A stretch of 64,000 bases of DNA from an uncultured Ruficoccus sp. Lineage in GTDB: Bacteria > Verrucomicrobiota > Verrucomicrobiia > Opitutales > Cerasicoccaceae. Shown here piece after piece: positions 32,220 through 45,900 of this stretch. Both the position numbers and the translations under genes were made by a program. The stretch is from NCBI GenBank assembly GCA_965140785.1, contig OZ223491.1, forward strand, positions 29,796 to 93,795, given 5' to 3'. The notes below the pieces were generated by a model. The model had not been told where the DNA came from. It did no database searches and saw only the letters and a program-made list of their open reading frames with translations. Numbering within the stretch: position 1 is the first letter of the stretch; the number at the start of each line of letters is the position of its first letter.

Positions 32220-32332
32220 ATTCAGATAATTTAATATGCAAATATAATTATAAGTTAAATTTGCTTTTAAAAAAAAAAACTCATATAATTTATTTTTATT
32301 TTAATTATTTTATTTTTATTAACAAATTTTAA

Positions 32333-33556
32333 TCAAAGTTTGCAAACTCCAATAGGTAAATCTAATCCATAATCATCTGTCTTAGAATTAATGTATTCTA
32401 CTTTTAATTAGGCTGCTTTCACATTTGTCTCAAATTTGCCTTTTATCATATCATTAACTACTTATTGTGAGAATTTTCCTCCTTCTTTAAGAATCTTCTT
32501 TAAATTTTCATAAAATTCTTAAGTAAAGATGCATTTTTCTGCATTCTATGGATATAATAAATTGATTTAAAAATGTTTTTTACATTCCAATTTCCTTGGT
32601 TAGAATTGACGGTATCTATAATGATGGCATCAAACTTTTCTCCTTTTTCTGCTTAGTCTTTAGCATATTTAGCTCCATTTTCATAGACCAATTCAAGTTT
32701 TTATTCTTTAATTGCCTATAAATATAATAAAAAATAAAAAAATAAACTTTTTCAATTTCAGCAGCATTTGCAAAGAATTTGACAACAACATCAATAATTT
32801 CTGAATCAATATCACAAATAACAATTTTTTTAATCTTCGAAAACTGGCGAAGAAGATAAGTAGCAATAGAAGTATTAGCCCCTCCAATAATCAGAACTCT
32901 TTCCAACTCCTTCTGTTCATCAATAATTTCCCTTGTCATATCCTTATTATAATCATTATCAATCTTTCCTATCAATTTAATCTAATCATCAATTGTTAGG
33001 ATCCTCCCAAGGAATTCATTATCAAAAACACGAATTTCATGTTCTTTTGATTTTTAACGATGCACAATCTTCATATTCTTATAAATAGCTGATGTAAATT
33101 CATTTGAATTTAATAAAAATTTGTTATCGCCTCCCTTTTACTAATAAAAAGATGTTTTGCATTACAAATTGCCAAAAAATTTAGCAAAATGGGTGTAAGC
33201 TGAATCAAGCACTTCTTATTTGCTTTACTCAAAAATATTCAAATCAAAAGAAACAAAATTGTTTTGCTTTGGGAAGCACTAACAGTTCAAATACCCATCT
33301 ATAAAAACAAATTAGCAATAAAATCTTAAAAATAATAAGAACCAGCTAAAGCAAATGTAAGGGTATACTCTGTATTGGCATCACCAAGCTCTATGACCTC
33401 AGCCACTTCGGTATTATTAGTTTTAAAGAAGTCTGCTATTTCTTTTTTGATGAGCTCTTTATTTTTGAGATCGATGATAGTGACATTCTCGTATTCCAGG
33501 AGGAGTTGAAATCCTTCTAAAGGGATTTTGTTTAATTTTACAGCTTAGGTTTCCAT
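32333..33556 (-). CDS. AdoMetDC-like/spermidine-synthase-like fusion with degenerate motifs, intron-containing
   Basis: N-terminal AdoMetDC-like fold, then KSKEHEIRVFDNEFLGRILTIDD, RVLIIGGA, CDIDSEIID and FDAIIID; ends ...GVCKL-TGA. Confidence 0.75.
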
Positions 33557-33838
33557 ATTTTTTTGATTTTTAAGTTTAAGAGAAAATTTTCCAATAATTT
33601 TTATGCAAAAACAAAATTATGCAAAAAAGATATTAATAAATCTTAATAAAAATTTATTTTAAGAATTTTCATTTTTATAAAATAATTGGTCATCAATGCT
33701 ATTATAATATAATTGCTTTAAATTTGTTATTAAGAACAATTTAAATAATACTATTTTTTATTACAGAATTAATACATAAAATTGATATTAATTCTTTTTC
33801 TTAAATACGATAAAAAAATATAATTGTTTAAACATTTA

Positions 33839-36800
33839 TCATATGTCTGCTCCACAAAACATTGTTAATAAAGCTTATTCTTAGTTGCCCTTAAAATAAT
33901 TAAATTCTTCAATAATAAAAACATTAATTATTGTTTCCTTTATTTAATCCATAGGAATTTCTTCATCTTAGTCTTTTTCCATTACAGAAAAAATTAATCT
34001 TGTAAAATAATGGCATAATTCATCAAGAAAATCATCGCCTTCGTATTGAATTTTTATGTATTTGGATAAACAAATTTTAGATCTTAAAAACAAAAAATAG
34101 TTAGAATATATGTTTTACAAAGTAAAAATTTCAAAATAAGATAAATTTCCATTTTTATCTTCATCTGCAATCTATTAAAAAATATGATTATTAATTTATT
34201 GGCCTTTATGAATAAATTTATTTTATCTTTTAAAGTTTTCGCTTGAATACTGCTCATTAATTGTAAAAATTATGCCCAATTTAAAAATTCTGTATAGAAA
34301 AAAATAGATTATAAAAACTATTATTGTCTAACCAAAATTTTAGGTCTCTACACTTTTAAAAATTTTTTCTTATAATTCTTCACTTTATAAAAATATATGA
34401 TAAATTCCATTTCTAAATGTATCGTAATCAACTCCTGTATTTGTTTCTTTAGTTAAAAATTAACATTATATTTATTTACCATAATTTTTATGTCTTTAAG
34501 ATGTAACTTCATGTAAGCTTTTATAAAGAGTATAAATTTGATGTAAATCTCTTCGTTCAAAATGAGTAATATTTAGGATTTTAGGAATATTATGAAGGAA
34601 AATTTCTTTATTATTTTTACGAATTTCTTGAATAATCTTTTTTTTTGATTAAATTTTTCTTTTTAATATATAGATATTAGCTGAAAAATTTACTGGCGAT
34701 TTAATTTGACAAAATCAAGTTTTTCTTTAATTTCTGATTCGTTTCATTTAATTTATGCATCTTCAAAATGATATTTTTCATCTTTTTCATCTTATTTTTA
34801 CTGAACTTTTTTATTTTCAATTCCATAATTATTATAATTCTTAATAATTTTTATCTTATTTGCTTTATAATCAAATTATTAATTCTTTTTTACTATTGAT
34901 TATTTTCACTTTTCAATTAAATATTCTAATCTTTCGGTCATTTAATCAATTTCTAAGATCAAATATATTTAAAATTATATTTAACCTTCATCTGTTAATC
35001 CAGCTCTTGAAGCTATGTATTATAATTCAGGATCATTACTTTCAGCATCGCTTTCCATTGATATTTCATATTTTTATAGCATTGCATTATCATTTGAATA
35101 ATATTTTTCAGCTGCTTTATAAATATGCTAAAATTTTGATTCAACCAAAGGCTAATCTAAATTTTGTTCATTTAAGTAATCCTCTTCATTTGTGAAAAGT
35201 AATTTTTTATTTTATATTATTTTTTTAGGAATATTTTTTAATTGCATTACCTTTGAAATTTAAAAATGTTTATCTGTTAGATTATCTTTTATTATTTAAT
35301 TCATTTCCTCTAATTATTCGCTTGATAATTCATCATTTTTTTAGAGTAATTATAATATTTCATTAATTAATTAAGAATTTTCATTTTCAAAACTTTCCTA
35401 AGCCAATTCATTATTTTAAATTCTTTAGCTTAAATACCTAACTGGCGCTTCTAATTATTTTAAAATATTTTAAATTCGAAGATTATGAAGCTTTGTTATT
35501 CCAAGATGATTCACTCCAATAAATAAAGGAGAATTGCTCACAATAATAGTTTGATCATTTGGAGTTAATTCAGAAAGATAATTGATTATTTAACCATTTT
35601 TTTTGAATATGTAAATTTGTTTTTTTATTAAATTTAAGGATTATTTAATTTATTCTACAAATTTTAGAAATTCTTAAGTTTATTAATCTAAACTTTTCTG
35701 AAAATATTCTTTTTACTTTTTGAATTTATGAATTTAAATAAATTTTACCAGTGGAATTGTTAAGTAGTTATATTTTAAATTATATTTTGTAACAAAATCA
35801 TTGAGATTATGATTTTAAATAACAAGGATAAGTTTTCTTTTTTGAGTTTTAATATTTTTAGCTAAAGTATTGTATGAACCCTAATTTGGATTTATAAGTT
35901 TTTTTTCTATTTTTCTTCGATCTGAACTCTGCAAATTATTTTTATGCTAATTAATTAATAAGTTTTTTATAGTAAAAAATTATTTCGTTTTTTTCTTATA
36001 AAAAAATTTAAAAAAATACAAAAAAACTTGCAGTTTATTTTTCTTTTTTTGCATCAGCATTTATTTCATTTTACTTAATTATAATTTATTTTTTAAATTC
36101 TGCGGTGCTTGCCTTTGTCTATTTAAATTAAAATAACTAATTTCTCTCTTATGAAAGAGTTATTTTTGTATTTTATGATTATTCTGATCTTGGCGTTGGA
36201 AATACAAAATCTTTATGTTTTTCAATATCCGGTAATGTAAATTATTTATTATTTACAAAAAAGTTTTATTATGATTAAACTTTCTTCTAAAAAATATTTT
36301 GCTAAGAATTTTAAAAATACATTTTATGAAAGTTTCCTTTAATAAAAATTTTAAATGGATCCCTTAAAATTAAGTTTTAAATTAGATGATTACATAGCTT
36401 TAGTTTAAATTAATTAATAATGCTTATTCTAAATTTTTATATTACTTCCATTTGATTGAATTGCTTATTAAAAAGCAGATCCCATTGAATTTTATTTATG
36501 AGAATGAGTTGAAGTATTTGATCTGCACGTTAAGAATTAAAATTTCTACTTATTATTTCCTAAATGGTTTCCTTCCATTTCTTAAAGTTAATTTTCAAAA
36601 ATGAAGGACTTTTCATTTTATTTATAATAAACTATATTTTTTAATTATTTAGACTTGCAAAAGGACTGCTACTAGTATTTGATACTGCTCGGTGAGTTGC
36701 AGCTTTCGAGGGGCTTTTTGAAAACAATAGTATATTTGAAATTGTATTATGGTTGGCTTGGAAAGGAGAAGAAGAAAATCATTAGTTTGTTTTGTTTTAT

Positions 36801-36901
36801 TTTCAATGCTAAGGAGCTAGTGTTGGACTTGTTTTATACATTTAGGTTCTTTAAATATCTTCTTTTGTTTCTATTTCGCTTTTATTGATAATTCGCATCA
36901 T
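33839..36901 (-). CDS. Large low-complexity protein with C-terminal NCS/calcineurin-B-like EF-hand domain (5' end uncertain)
   Basis: GVDYDTFRNGI...FLNWAQFL...KINLFIKIADEDKNGNLS...MFCGADI-TGA; several short introns. Confidence 0.65.
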
Positions 36902-37066
36902 AAAAAGAAATTTTATCAAGTTATAAAAATAATATTTTTTTTTTTTTTTCAAGAGTTTTTCAATAATTTAATGAAAATGGGACAATAGTTATTATTAATT
37001 TTTAAGCCACTTTAATTGTAATTAAATGAAATTTTATTTAATATAAAATTTAAAATAATTTTAAAA

Positions 37067-38215
37067 ATGAAAATGAAAATAAATGAATCAGAGTTAAGTA
37101 GTGAAGAGCGCATATAACTAGCCTTAACTCTAAAAGAAAAAGGAAATTAAAAAATGAAAGCTTCTCAAATAGAAGAAGCTGGTAAACTTTATTTTGAAGC
37201 CTTATCTTATCTTTCTACTGAATGTGGATAAAAGAATGTTGAAATGAAAAAATCTTTATTACTTAATTTATCTTTGGTTTGCCTCAAAGAAAAAGACTAT
37301 GATTCTTGTATATAACATGCGTCAGCAGTTTTAGTTTTAGAGCCTAAAAGTATTAAAGCAAGATTTCGAAAGGGCTGTGCTTTAATGGAAATTGGTGAAC
37401 TTTAGCAAGCCAAGGAAGAATTAGAATTTGCTTAAAAATTAGAGCCAAAATCAACTGAAATTGCAACATCCTTATAAAAACTAGCTATTCGAGAAAAGGA
37501 ATCAAAAATTAAGGAAAAGAAACTTTGGTGGGGAGTATTTGCAGAGGAAGTAAAAGAATAAGAAAAGGAAATCAAAGAATATAATTAATAAAAATAGTCG
37601 CTAAAGTAAATCTTTTTTCAAATAAAATTATAAGTTTAGATTGTAAAAATGATCCCTAACCTCAAACTATTATTTCAGAAAATTGCTAATAAAATAATTA
37701 GGAAAATATTACTGTATTTTTGGATATTTCCATTGAAGGGAAGGATTCTTAAAGAATTGAAATATAATTATTCAATAAAGAAGTGCCTAAGACTTGTGAA
37801 AATTTTCTAAGTTTATGTGCTGGTGAAAATTAGCTTTCTACCTATAAAAATCTATCATTTCATAGATTAGTAAAAAATTTTATGATTTAAGGAGGTAAAA
37901 TGGAAAATAGTTACGAATTTGAGGATGAAAATTTCTCAATAAAGCATTCGGAAAGAGGAATGGTTGCAATGGCAAATAATGGACCCAATACTAATGGGAC
38001 TTAATTTTATATTATTTTCAGAAAAACAGGTTTTTATTTTAATTAATTTTATTGTTATAGCTTGGCTTGATGGGAAACATGTTGTCTTTGGAAAAGTAAT
38101 TTCTGGTCTAGATTTCTTAACAATTTTGGAAAATATAGAAGTGTTGGAAAATGATGTACCAAGCAAAGAAATAAAAATAGTTAATTGTGGTTAAATAAAA
38201 AAATAAGAAGATTGA
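37067..38215 (+). CDS. TPR-domain + cyclophilin-type PPIase (introns 37606-37634 and 38030-38060)
   Basis: Three TPRs (LKEKGN...KARFRKG), then [43 protein letters not shown] and [12 protein letters not shown]; ends TGA. Confidence 0.92.
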
Positions 38216-38290
38216 ATAAATTTATATTATTTAGTAGTCATAGCAAGAATAATAAATTATTTATTTTTATTCAAATTTTTTTATTAAAAA

Positions 38291-41200
38291 TCAAAGAAGA
38301 TTATAATTGATATTTTCTTTCCATAAATGCTTTTAAATTAAAACCATTTAAGATGGTGATAATTCTTATAATTTCTTAGAAGAATCCTTGATAATCAATA
38401 ATTTTCCATCAGTTTCCAATTCTAAAGGATTTTCCATTAAGTTTTTATTATTAGCGTTGAGTTCCGACCATTTTGCTTCAAATAAAAGAAATCTATTCAA
38501 AAATAATTTTATAAATTGTTTAACCTAGTAAAATTATTTAATTTAGGAATTATTGTTCCACTAATTTCAAACTTCAAATCAAGAAGCTTTTAAATTTATT
38601 AAGCTAATTGCTCATACGTAATTAAATTTGATACAATTAATTCATAAAACTCTCCTAAAAATTAAGTCTCTGGATCATAAAGTGAAAATTGTATTAAATG
38701 TTCTGAATAAGTCATTTATTTATAAAAAGATATTTCATTTATAGACTGCTAGGTATATTCAAAGGCAAGAGCCTTTCGATCATGAACTTGTTATGCTTTC
38801 AAGGGAACATCCTTATAAACTCTTTACAATTTATTTCCTATTTTTTCACGAAGTCTTATGTTATTTATTGAGAATTCAGTTGATTTGATCAAAGAAGAAA
38901 GTTAAGGAAAATATTATTGTATGATTTCCTTTGGCGTGAAATTATTGCTGATAATTTCTGAACCCAGAAAGGTGAAATTATTTAAGAATTTATCATATTC
39001 AAGTATTTCTTCAAAATTATCTCCTGTGTAATTTAAAAAATCCTTACGTGATGAATAATAAAAATGAATATAAATTTCATCTTTTTATTATTTTTATATT
39101 GAGCCAAAATCCAAATAAACACTTATTTAATTATCAACAGGCTATTGAGATTCCAATCTAATATAAAAAAAATTAATAAAAAATTCATAGAATACTTTAA
39201 ATTATTATTAGAAATTTTTACTCCAGCTTTTCCATTCATAATAAAGCCAAACGATGTAGATTCTAATTCTTCATCAAAATTTGTTTATATGTATTATTAA
39301 AGTTCTAGAAATGTTTTTGTTTTAGAAAACAATATTGTAATTGATTCAGGAGCAGAGTATTCATCAATTTACATTGTTAGATTTAGAATTTAAACTTTAA
39401 AGAGATTATTTAATTCATTAAAGTATTTTATCCATTAAAGATTTTCATTTTACTTTTCTATAAAAAACTCTTTAGAGGGTAAATATTCTATTTATTTTGA
39501 TAAATTTTCTTCTGTTGGTAATAATTATCTGCCAACCCAATTGGATGACACTTCTTCCTGCTATTTAATTATAATTGCTAAAGAGTTATTATTAATTCCT
39601 GTTTATGCACATATTAAATCTCTTAAATCTGAATAAGATTTCAATTTATTGATTTTAATTTTTTCTGAATTTATATCAAAAGAATTTAAAGTAATTTTAT
39701 ATCTAAAAATTTTGATTTCAGTTTCTTCAATATTATAACTTTCAAAGTCTTTTTAAATATTTTTTATTTCTAAATATAATTTCGTAAACCATCCAAGTTA
39801 CAACTCCCCTAAAGTTTTATCTTAATTTTAATCCTCTAAGACATAATGTTTTTTCTCATTATATCTCAAATTATAGAACCTCAACCTACAATTTTCAATT
39901 GACTCTTTAATATCAAATTCTAAAATAGTTTGTTTCAGCAATGAAGAATAGCTTTAGCTTTTAGTTGCACTAATAATTTTCATTTAATCATTATAAAAAA
40001 TTTATAATTAAATTTAAGAAAGTTCTAATTATTTCTTAACTTATTCAGCAAACTCTTCTTCCTAAATAGTTGCCAGCAGATTCTCAGGAATGGCAAAAAG
40101 TTTATCCAATGAAATTTAAGTTTTAATAAATTATTCATACTAATTTACTTATTTTATTGCCAATTTTGTATAAAATAATAATTACGCATTACAACTTTTT
40201 CTATTCCCACCAAACGATTTCTCTTTAATTTCATTTATATCAACCAATTCTACTTTTTTATCAAAAAACTTATACCATCTATGATTTTCTAAACTTTATA
40301 TATAGGCAAAATAATGGCCACTATTAATCCCTCCTGCATGGATTATAATAGATGTTAATTCATATAATTCAGCTTCAGGGTCCTCAGTAATAAGAGATTG
40401 GAACCTATTGATTTATTCTTATTAGAATTAAGAGTAATTTTCTTCAAGTAATTTTATTTTTTAATCTTAATTTAAGGCCTTGAGTTATTAGTTAGCGAAT
40501 GTTTATTCAAGAGAATTAAGTTTATTTTACTCCTCTTCTTCTTATTTTTATTTTTCAATGATTTTCGTTTTTTCTAAAGGATTAATAGATTTAAATGCAT
40601 TGAGATTTATTAAAAAAGGAAAACTCACGTAATCATTTAATTTTTATTTTTTCATTGTTTAAAAATTTAGAATAAATCTGTTAAAGCAAAAAGTGCAAAA
40701 CTCAGGAAATCTATGAATTAAAATGCCTTTTTTTGCTTCTTATTTACCTTGGCATTGACTGCAAAAATATTTATTTGAATCCTTTAGTTCTTCAATCTCA
40801 GTCTATTCTATTAAGCATTTTTCAAGATTATTATTGCAAATTTTACGATATATATCCTTTACTGTAAGAAATTGTGAAGTGAAATTTTCAATATTTTTTG
40901 ATTTGTATTAGCAATTTTCACAAATTATATAATTTTCTGAGACACCTTGAAATAAATCAGACATCAATAGATTTAAATCAGTTGATTTTAATTCTTATTC
41001 TAAACTATTCACTATACCACAAAAAAATTCACCAGCATCCTATTACTCTAATATTTCATAATCATATTTCTCTAAACTTAAAATATATTAAAAATTTAAC
41101 ATTTATATATACCTTGCCGCAAACTCATTGGTTGAAATAACTCCTCCCTTTGATTTCAATATCATTTTGGCAAACAATTTTTAAAGGGAATAAAGCAAAA

Positions 41201-41484
41201 ATTAGTTTGAATTGTCAATTTGTAGATGTAAAATATTATTTGTAAATTATAAATTCATGAATAGAGTTTAAAGAATACAATTCATATAACAATTATTTTT
41301 TTTGTTTGTTAGGCCTATTGTTATTACATTACTATAGTTATAAAAAAATGTTGCCTGTGTATGGGTTATTTTCAAAGGTTTCTGAAATCTAGTTATAAAT
41401 CATTTCTGATTATTTTAGGTCTTTTTGAAATTCAAGCAATAGATTTTTTGGAGGCAGTGGTGGTGGTGGGGGTGGATTTGACAT
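38291..41484 (-). CDS. Ubiquitin-specific protease (USP47/USP7-like), intron-containing, one apparent +1 indel near 41345
   Basis: Cys box GLTNKKNNCYMNCILQ, QQDAGEF, and His box HAGGINSGHYFAYI...WYKFFD...NAYYLFY; ends TGA. Confidence 0.88.
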
Positions 41485-41603
41485 TTATTATTTTATTTTA
41501 TTATATTATTATGTTGTATAATTTTTAAAAATTAAATATTTATTTTCAAAGAATTTTTTATAATTTTTAAAATCAAAATTTTAATAATAATCATAAAATA
41601 ATA

Positions 41604-42147
41604 ATGAAAAAAATAGAAGAGAAAAAAAAAAATGATAGTTCAAATGGTAAAAGTTTCTCTTTAACATTTTTACTAGGTTGGCTATACGGGCTATTTGGAG
41701 TTGCTTTAGGTTTCAACAATAAAAACTTATTTTATAAATTAAGGTGCTGCTGGAGCTTATGTTGCTTCAAAAATTTTAAATGATAAAGAGTTTTATAAAT
41801 TATTTTGAATTATTACTTTTTGTTGAAGCACTGAAAATACTGTAACTTAAAAAACTCCTGCAACATTTTCAGTTGAAAACGAGAATTTGCTTTGTCCAAT
41901 CTCGTAATGTAATAAAATTTAAAATATAATTCTTAAAAAACATTTTTATTCAGGTCTGATGACTGACCCGATGACAATAAAGCAATGCGGACATACATTT
42001 GACAGGAATTCAATACTATAATGGCTGGATAAATAGCAGTTTTGTCCTCAATGTAGAACACATGCTACAATTGAGGACCTTGTTTAAAATTTTACAGTAA
42101 AAAGCTTAGTTTAGGATGCAATAAATTCTAAGGAAATTAAAAATTGA
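41604..42147 (+). CDS. Small U-box E3 ligase with N-terminal membrane anchor (3 introns)
   Basis: LLCPISQCLMTDPM...CGHTFDRNSILQWL...CPQCR...LVQNFTVKSLV; ends TGA. Confidence 0.82.
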
Positions 42148-42774
42148 AAATTAATAAATTTTGTTTCAATATATAAATTTGATTTTTTTGGGAATTAAAT
42201 TATTCTAAAAATTCATACAATAATGTATGAGAATTTAAAAAATAAAAAAAAATAAAAATATTAAAAAATTAGTTTAACAGATATGTATAGGATGTATCAA
42301 TGGTTGAACTGGGTCTATAATATTGCTTCAATTAATTTTTAAGTTATTAATTATTTTCCTAAAACAACAAAAATATTTTATTTATTAAAATTATATATTA
42401 TCTCTCTATATATTTTTTAAATATAAATAAATATATTTTAATTATATTATGTGTAACTCAAAAAAATGTTTTAAATACAATCATACAAGAATATTAATTT
42501 TGATTAGGATTAATTTGTTTCTTTCCCTTTGTTAAGAATTTGAAAATACTTTGAAATTGGTTAAAAGTTTTTATCGTATGAATATTTGAATGACTGATTT
42601 GTTCATTGTTTATAGATAGTTTATCAGGAAATTTAATATATTTTATAGAAGTATTTAATTGTTTTATTAAAAAATTAAAATTTAATAAAATTGAATTTTT
42701 TTTCTTATTTAATTTTAAAATCAAAATTTAAAAAATTCTTTAAATAATCATAAAATATATTTAATATTAAAATG

Positions 42775-42940
42775 GTTTGAGTCATCAATGCTTTACCGTT
42801 GAGGACTTGGCTTAAAATTTAAGCTTAGTTGAAATTGCAATAAAATATAAGATAAATTAAAAATACAAAAATTTAAAGTTTTTTCAATAATATAAATGTT
42901 TATATTGTTTGGAGATATTTTTATTGTAAAAACTTCCTGA
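42775..42940 (+). pseudogene. Degenerate partial duplicate of the U-box gene 3' end
   Basis: TTGAGGACTTGGCTTAAAATTT...AAGCTTAGTT...GCAATAAA aligns by eye to 42070-42230, with indels. Confidence 0.6.
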
Positions 42941-42973
42941 ATTATTCTGAAAATAAATTCAAAATAATATTAA

Positions 42974-45900
42974 ATGAAAATATCCATTCTAATTTTTCTT
43001 TTTCTTTTCACAACACTTAAAAGTGAAAAAGTAAATAACATTTCTGTTGGAGATTATTTGGAATTGAGCATTGATCCCTCGAACAAAGAAGGAGCATTGT
43101 ATTATCAACTAATCTTACAAGAATCAGATCTTAATGATGAAGCAGAAATAGGAGTATTCGTTCGTCCTTTAGATTATCGAAGTGACCCTGATATTTATAT
43201 TTCAACAAAGGAGCAATATCCTACAAGAGATATTAATGAAATCAAGTTTATTTAATTAAAAATTTTTAAATTAATAAATAAAGATGTGAAGTCTATGGTT
43301 TTGATGTTTGCTATTTGCCTAAAGATTAACTTATAGTGAATTAAACTTTTTATATTGCAGTCAACTGTGAAACTACTTGTAAATTTTCCCTGCAAATTGA
43401 TTAAAACAAACCCGATCTCATCCCATTCAACTCCACAAAACTCCTAAAACTAGAAAAAAATAGCGAACACCTCTGCCATTTAAATATCCCTCCTCTCGAA
43501 AATCTAACTACTTTCAAAGTACTTTTCAAATTCTTAGGCCTTAGCTCCCATGAGCCAACAGTCTGAATCTCCCAGGGAAATAAGCCAATTAACACAAACT
43601 GGAATTAAGATTCATTACCAGTGCTTTATGCGCCATTTGGGAATATTTTCCTAGCAAGTAAGGAACAATTTCGTGAAGGGTTTTGCACTGATTGTAATTA
43701 TACGATTTCTATAGAAGTTGAGGATGAAACATTGGTGAAAATAATTAGTGTTCCTGGAGAGTTAGTATAAAATATTAGTCTTTGGGAAAATATTGATGAT
43801 GGTGTTATTATTAATTAAACTTAGTATTATTAGCTAAGTACAACAAAATCTGTATATGATGAATAATACAAAATAACCTGGAACGATGAATAAAAAATAG
43901 AAGATACCTTAGTGTTTGAACTTAAAGTCTACTAAGGAAATCCTAATCTTTATATCACTTGTGATGAGATTCCTCCAAACTTACATGCTTCTACCTGGCA
44001 AGCAACTTCCAATGTAAGTGAGGCTATTATTCTGGGAAAGGATGATTTTGCTTAATTAGCCCCAGGGTCTTGTAAGAATATAATTATAGCAATTAATGGG
44101 GATGAATGGAGTGCGTATAGGTTTTAAGTTAAGAAAGTGGGAAAAACTATGGTTAATACTATTAGGACTGGCGAATTAGAAGTTGGAATGCTTGAAAATG
44201 GACATATTTAAAATTTTATTTTAACAGTTAATAAATAAGAACTTTAGAGAACTACAGATGTGATAATTGATTTGATAGCTCTAAGAGGAAATCCTGATTT
44301 ATATATTAAAGGGTGCAAACAGATTCATAATTGTACAATTACAGAAACTGATATTGAATAAGCCGATAAATTAGCTCATGAGGAATTATAATTTTTTGTA
44401 TTTTCTAGAAATATTGATAGTAAAAAACTATAATTTGTTTTTATTTTATGGTTATATTAAAAGGCGAACATTACGAATTTATGCTCAAAAGAGAAAATTG
44501 CCTTTCCGATGATATTGTCCCAATGTGCTTTTATGTGATTGGAGTATTTGCTAATAATTTGAATTCATTATCCCCAGATACAAAATTTAATTTAATGGTT
44601 TCTTTTAACAACGAACTACTCTGGCTCTAAGAAAACATACCTATGAAAATTACAATGCAAACTAATAGTTCAAAATACTTTAGATTTCAAGTAATGGATG
44701 ATAAGGAAATAAGCGAAATTAGTTTTCAAATGACTTTTCTTTATGGAGAAGCTGAAATTGTTGCGAGTAGATCAATCGAAAGACCTAATTTAAATATGTT
44801 TGATAAAATTGGAATATTTTCTGTGAATTTGGTTAATTTTAAGAAGGAACATGAGGGAAATTTAAAGGGGAATTATTATATTGGAGTTTATTCAATTGCG
44901 GAATGTGCGTTTACAATGAATACATTTTTGATAAAAAATAAATCTAATAGGATGAATCCTTTTATTAATTTAGAAAATGGAATACCTTAAAGAATAACAG
45001 GAAATATGAATGCACCATTCACTTTCTTTATATTTTCAGTCCCTGATTTAGTTAAGCCAATAGAATTAAAATTAACAGTTGAAAAAGGTAGAAATATTAA
45101 ATTTTATTTAAATTAAATAGGAAAGAATCTTTTTAATATTTATGCTTTAAATCTAAAATCAACTGAGGATGATGTCATTGTACCAACAAAAGTATTTTTT
45201 TAAAAGTATTAATTAATCTTCAGATATTTAACTCTTATGAATCCTAATTAAATGCATTGATTATTGAACCAACTCAATACTCTGAAAAATACTTCACAAT
45301 TTCTGTAGTATATGAAGGTAACTCAGATTATTAATTTGCCATCGAATACCACACCTTTGATAAAGTTATTTCCTTACAAAAAATAATAAATTATTTTTAA
45401 AGTTGCTTACCTTATTCCCAAATGTAATTTAGCAGAACACTATAATCCCTTCCCATCCATTAATCTACAAATTTACCCTCACCAAAGAAGATATTTTTGC
45501 ATATATTAGTTTGTCCTCAGAGCTCTCAGGCGCATAACTTTAGTTTTCCTAGGATATAGACTTTAAGGATTCCTCTGCAATTGAACATAAGGAAGGTCAT
45601 CATTCTTCCTCCAAGATTATTATGTTGGGTGGAAATGCTATTTCTTAATATTGTAACTTTTCTTCATCGGATTAATGCTAACTTTATGCCTCTGTTTCGA
45701 CCTAAAACATATTCAATACTGAAGTTGTTCTTTTATTAGAGAAGTTTTAAGAGATTTAAAGTATTGAAGAAATGAAATATCCAGCTGTTGGATTAATTGA
45801 AGGAATGATGCTTGAATTAGCTTTAGAAGAAAGCTAAGTAAGGCATTTTTATTTGTTAGCCAAAAACAGCGAAATCAATTATATAATTCAGGTTGTCACC

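Noticed and set aside
41335..41350. Programmed +1 frameshift in the USP gene
   Set aside because: The shift lies in a 7-nt homopolymer and indel errors occur elsewhere in the window; it is a single case without the AAA-TAR motif.
42250..42724. Small gene in the U-box/surface-protein gap
   Set aside because: No recognisable domain, and open frames carry no information in a code lacking dedicated stops.
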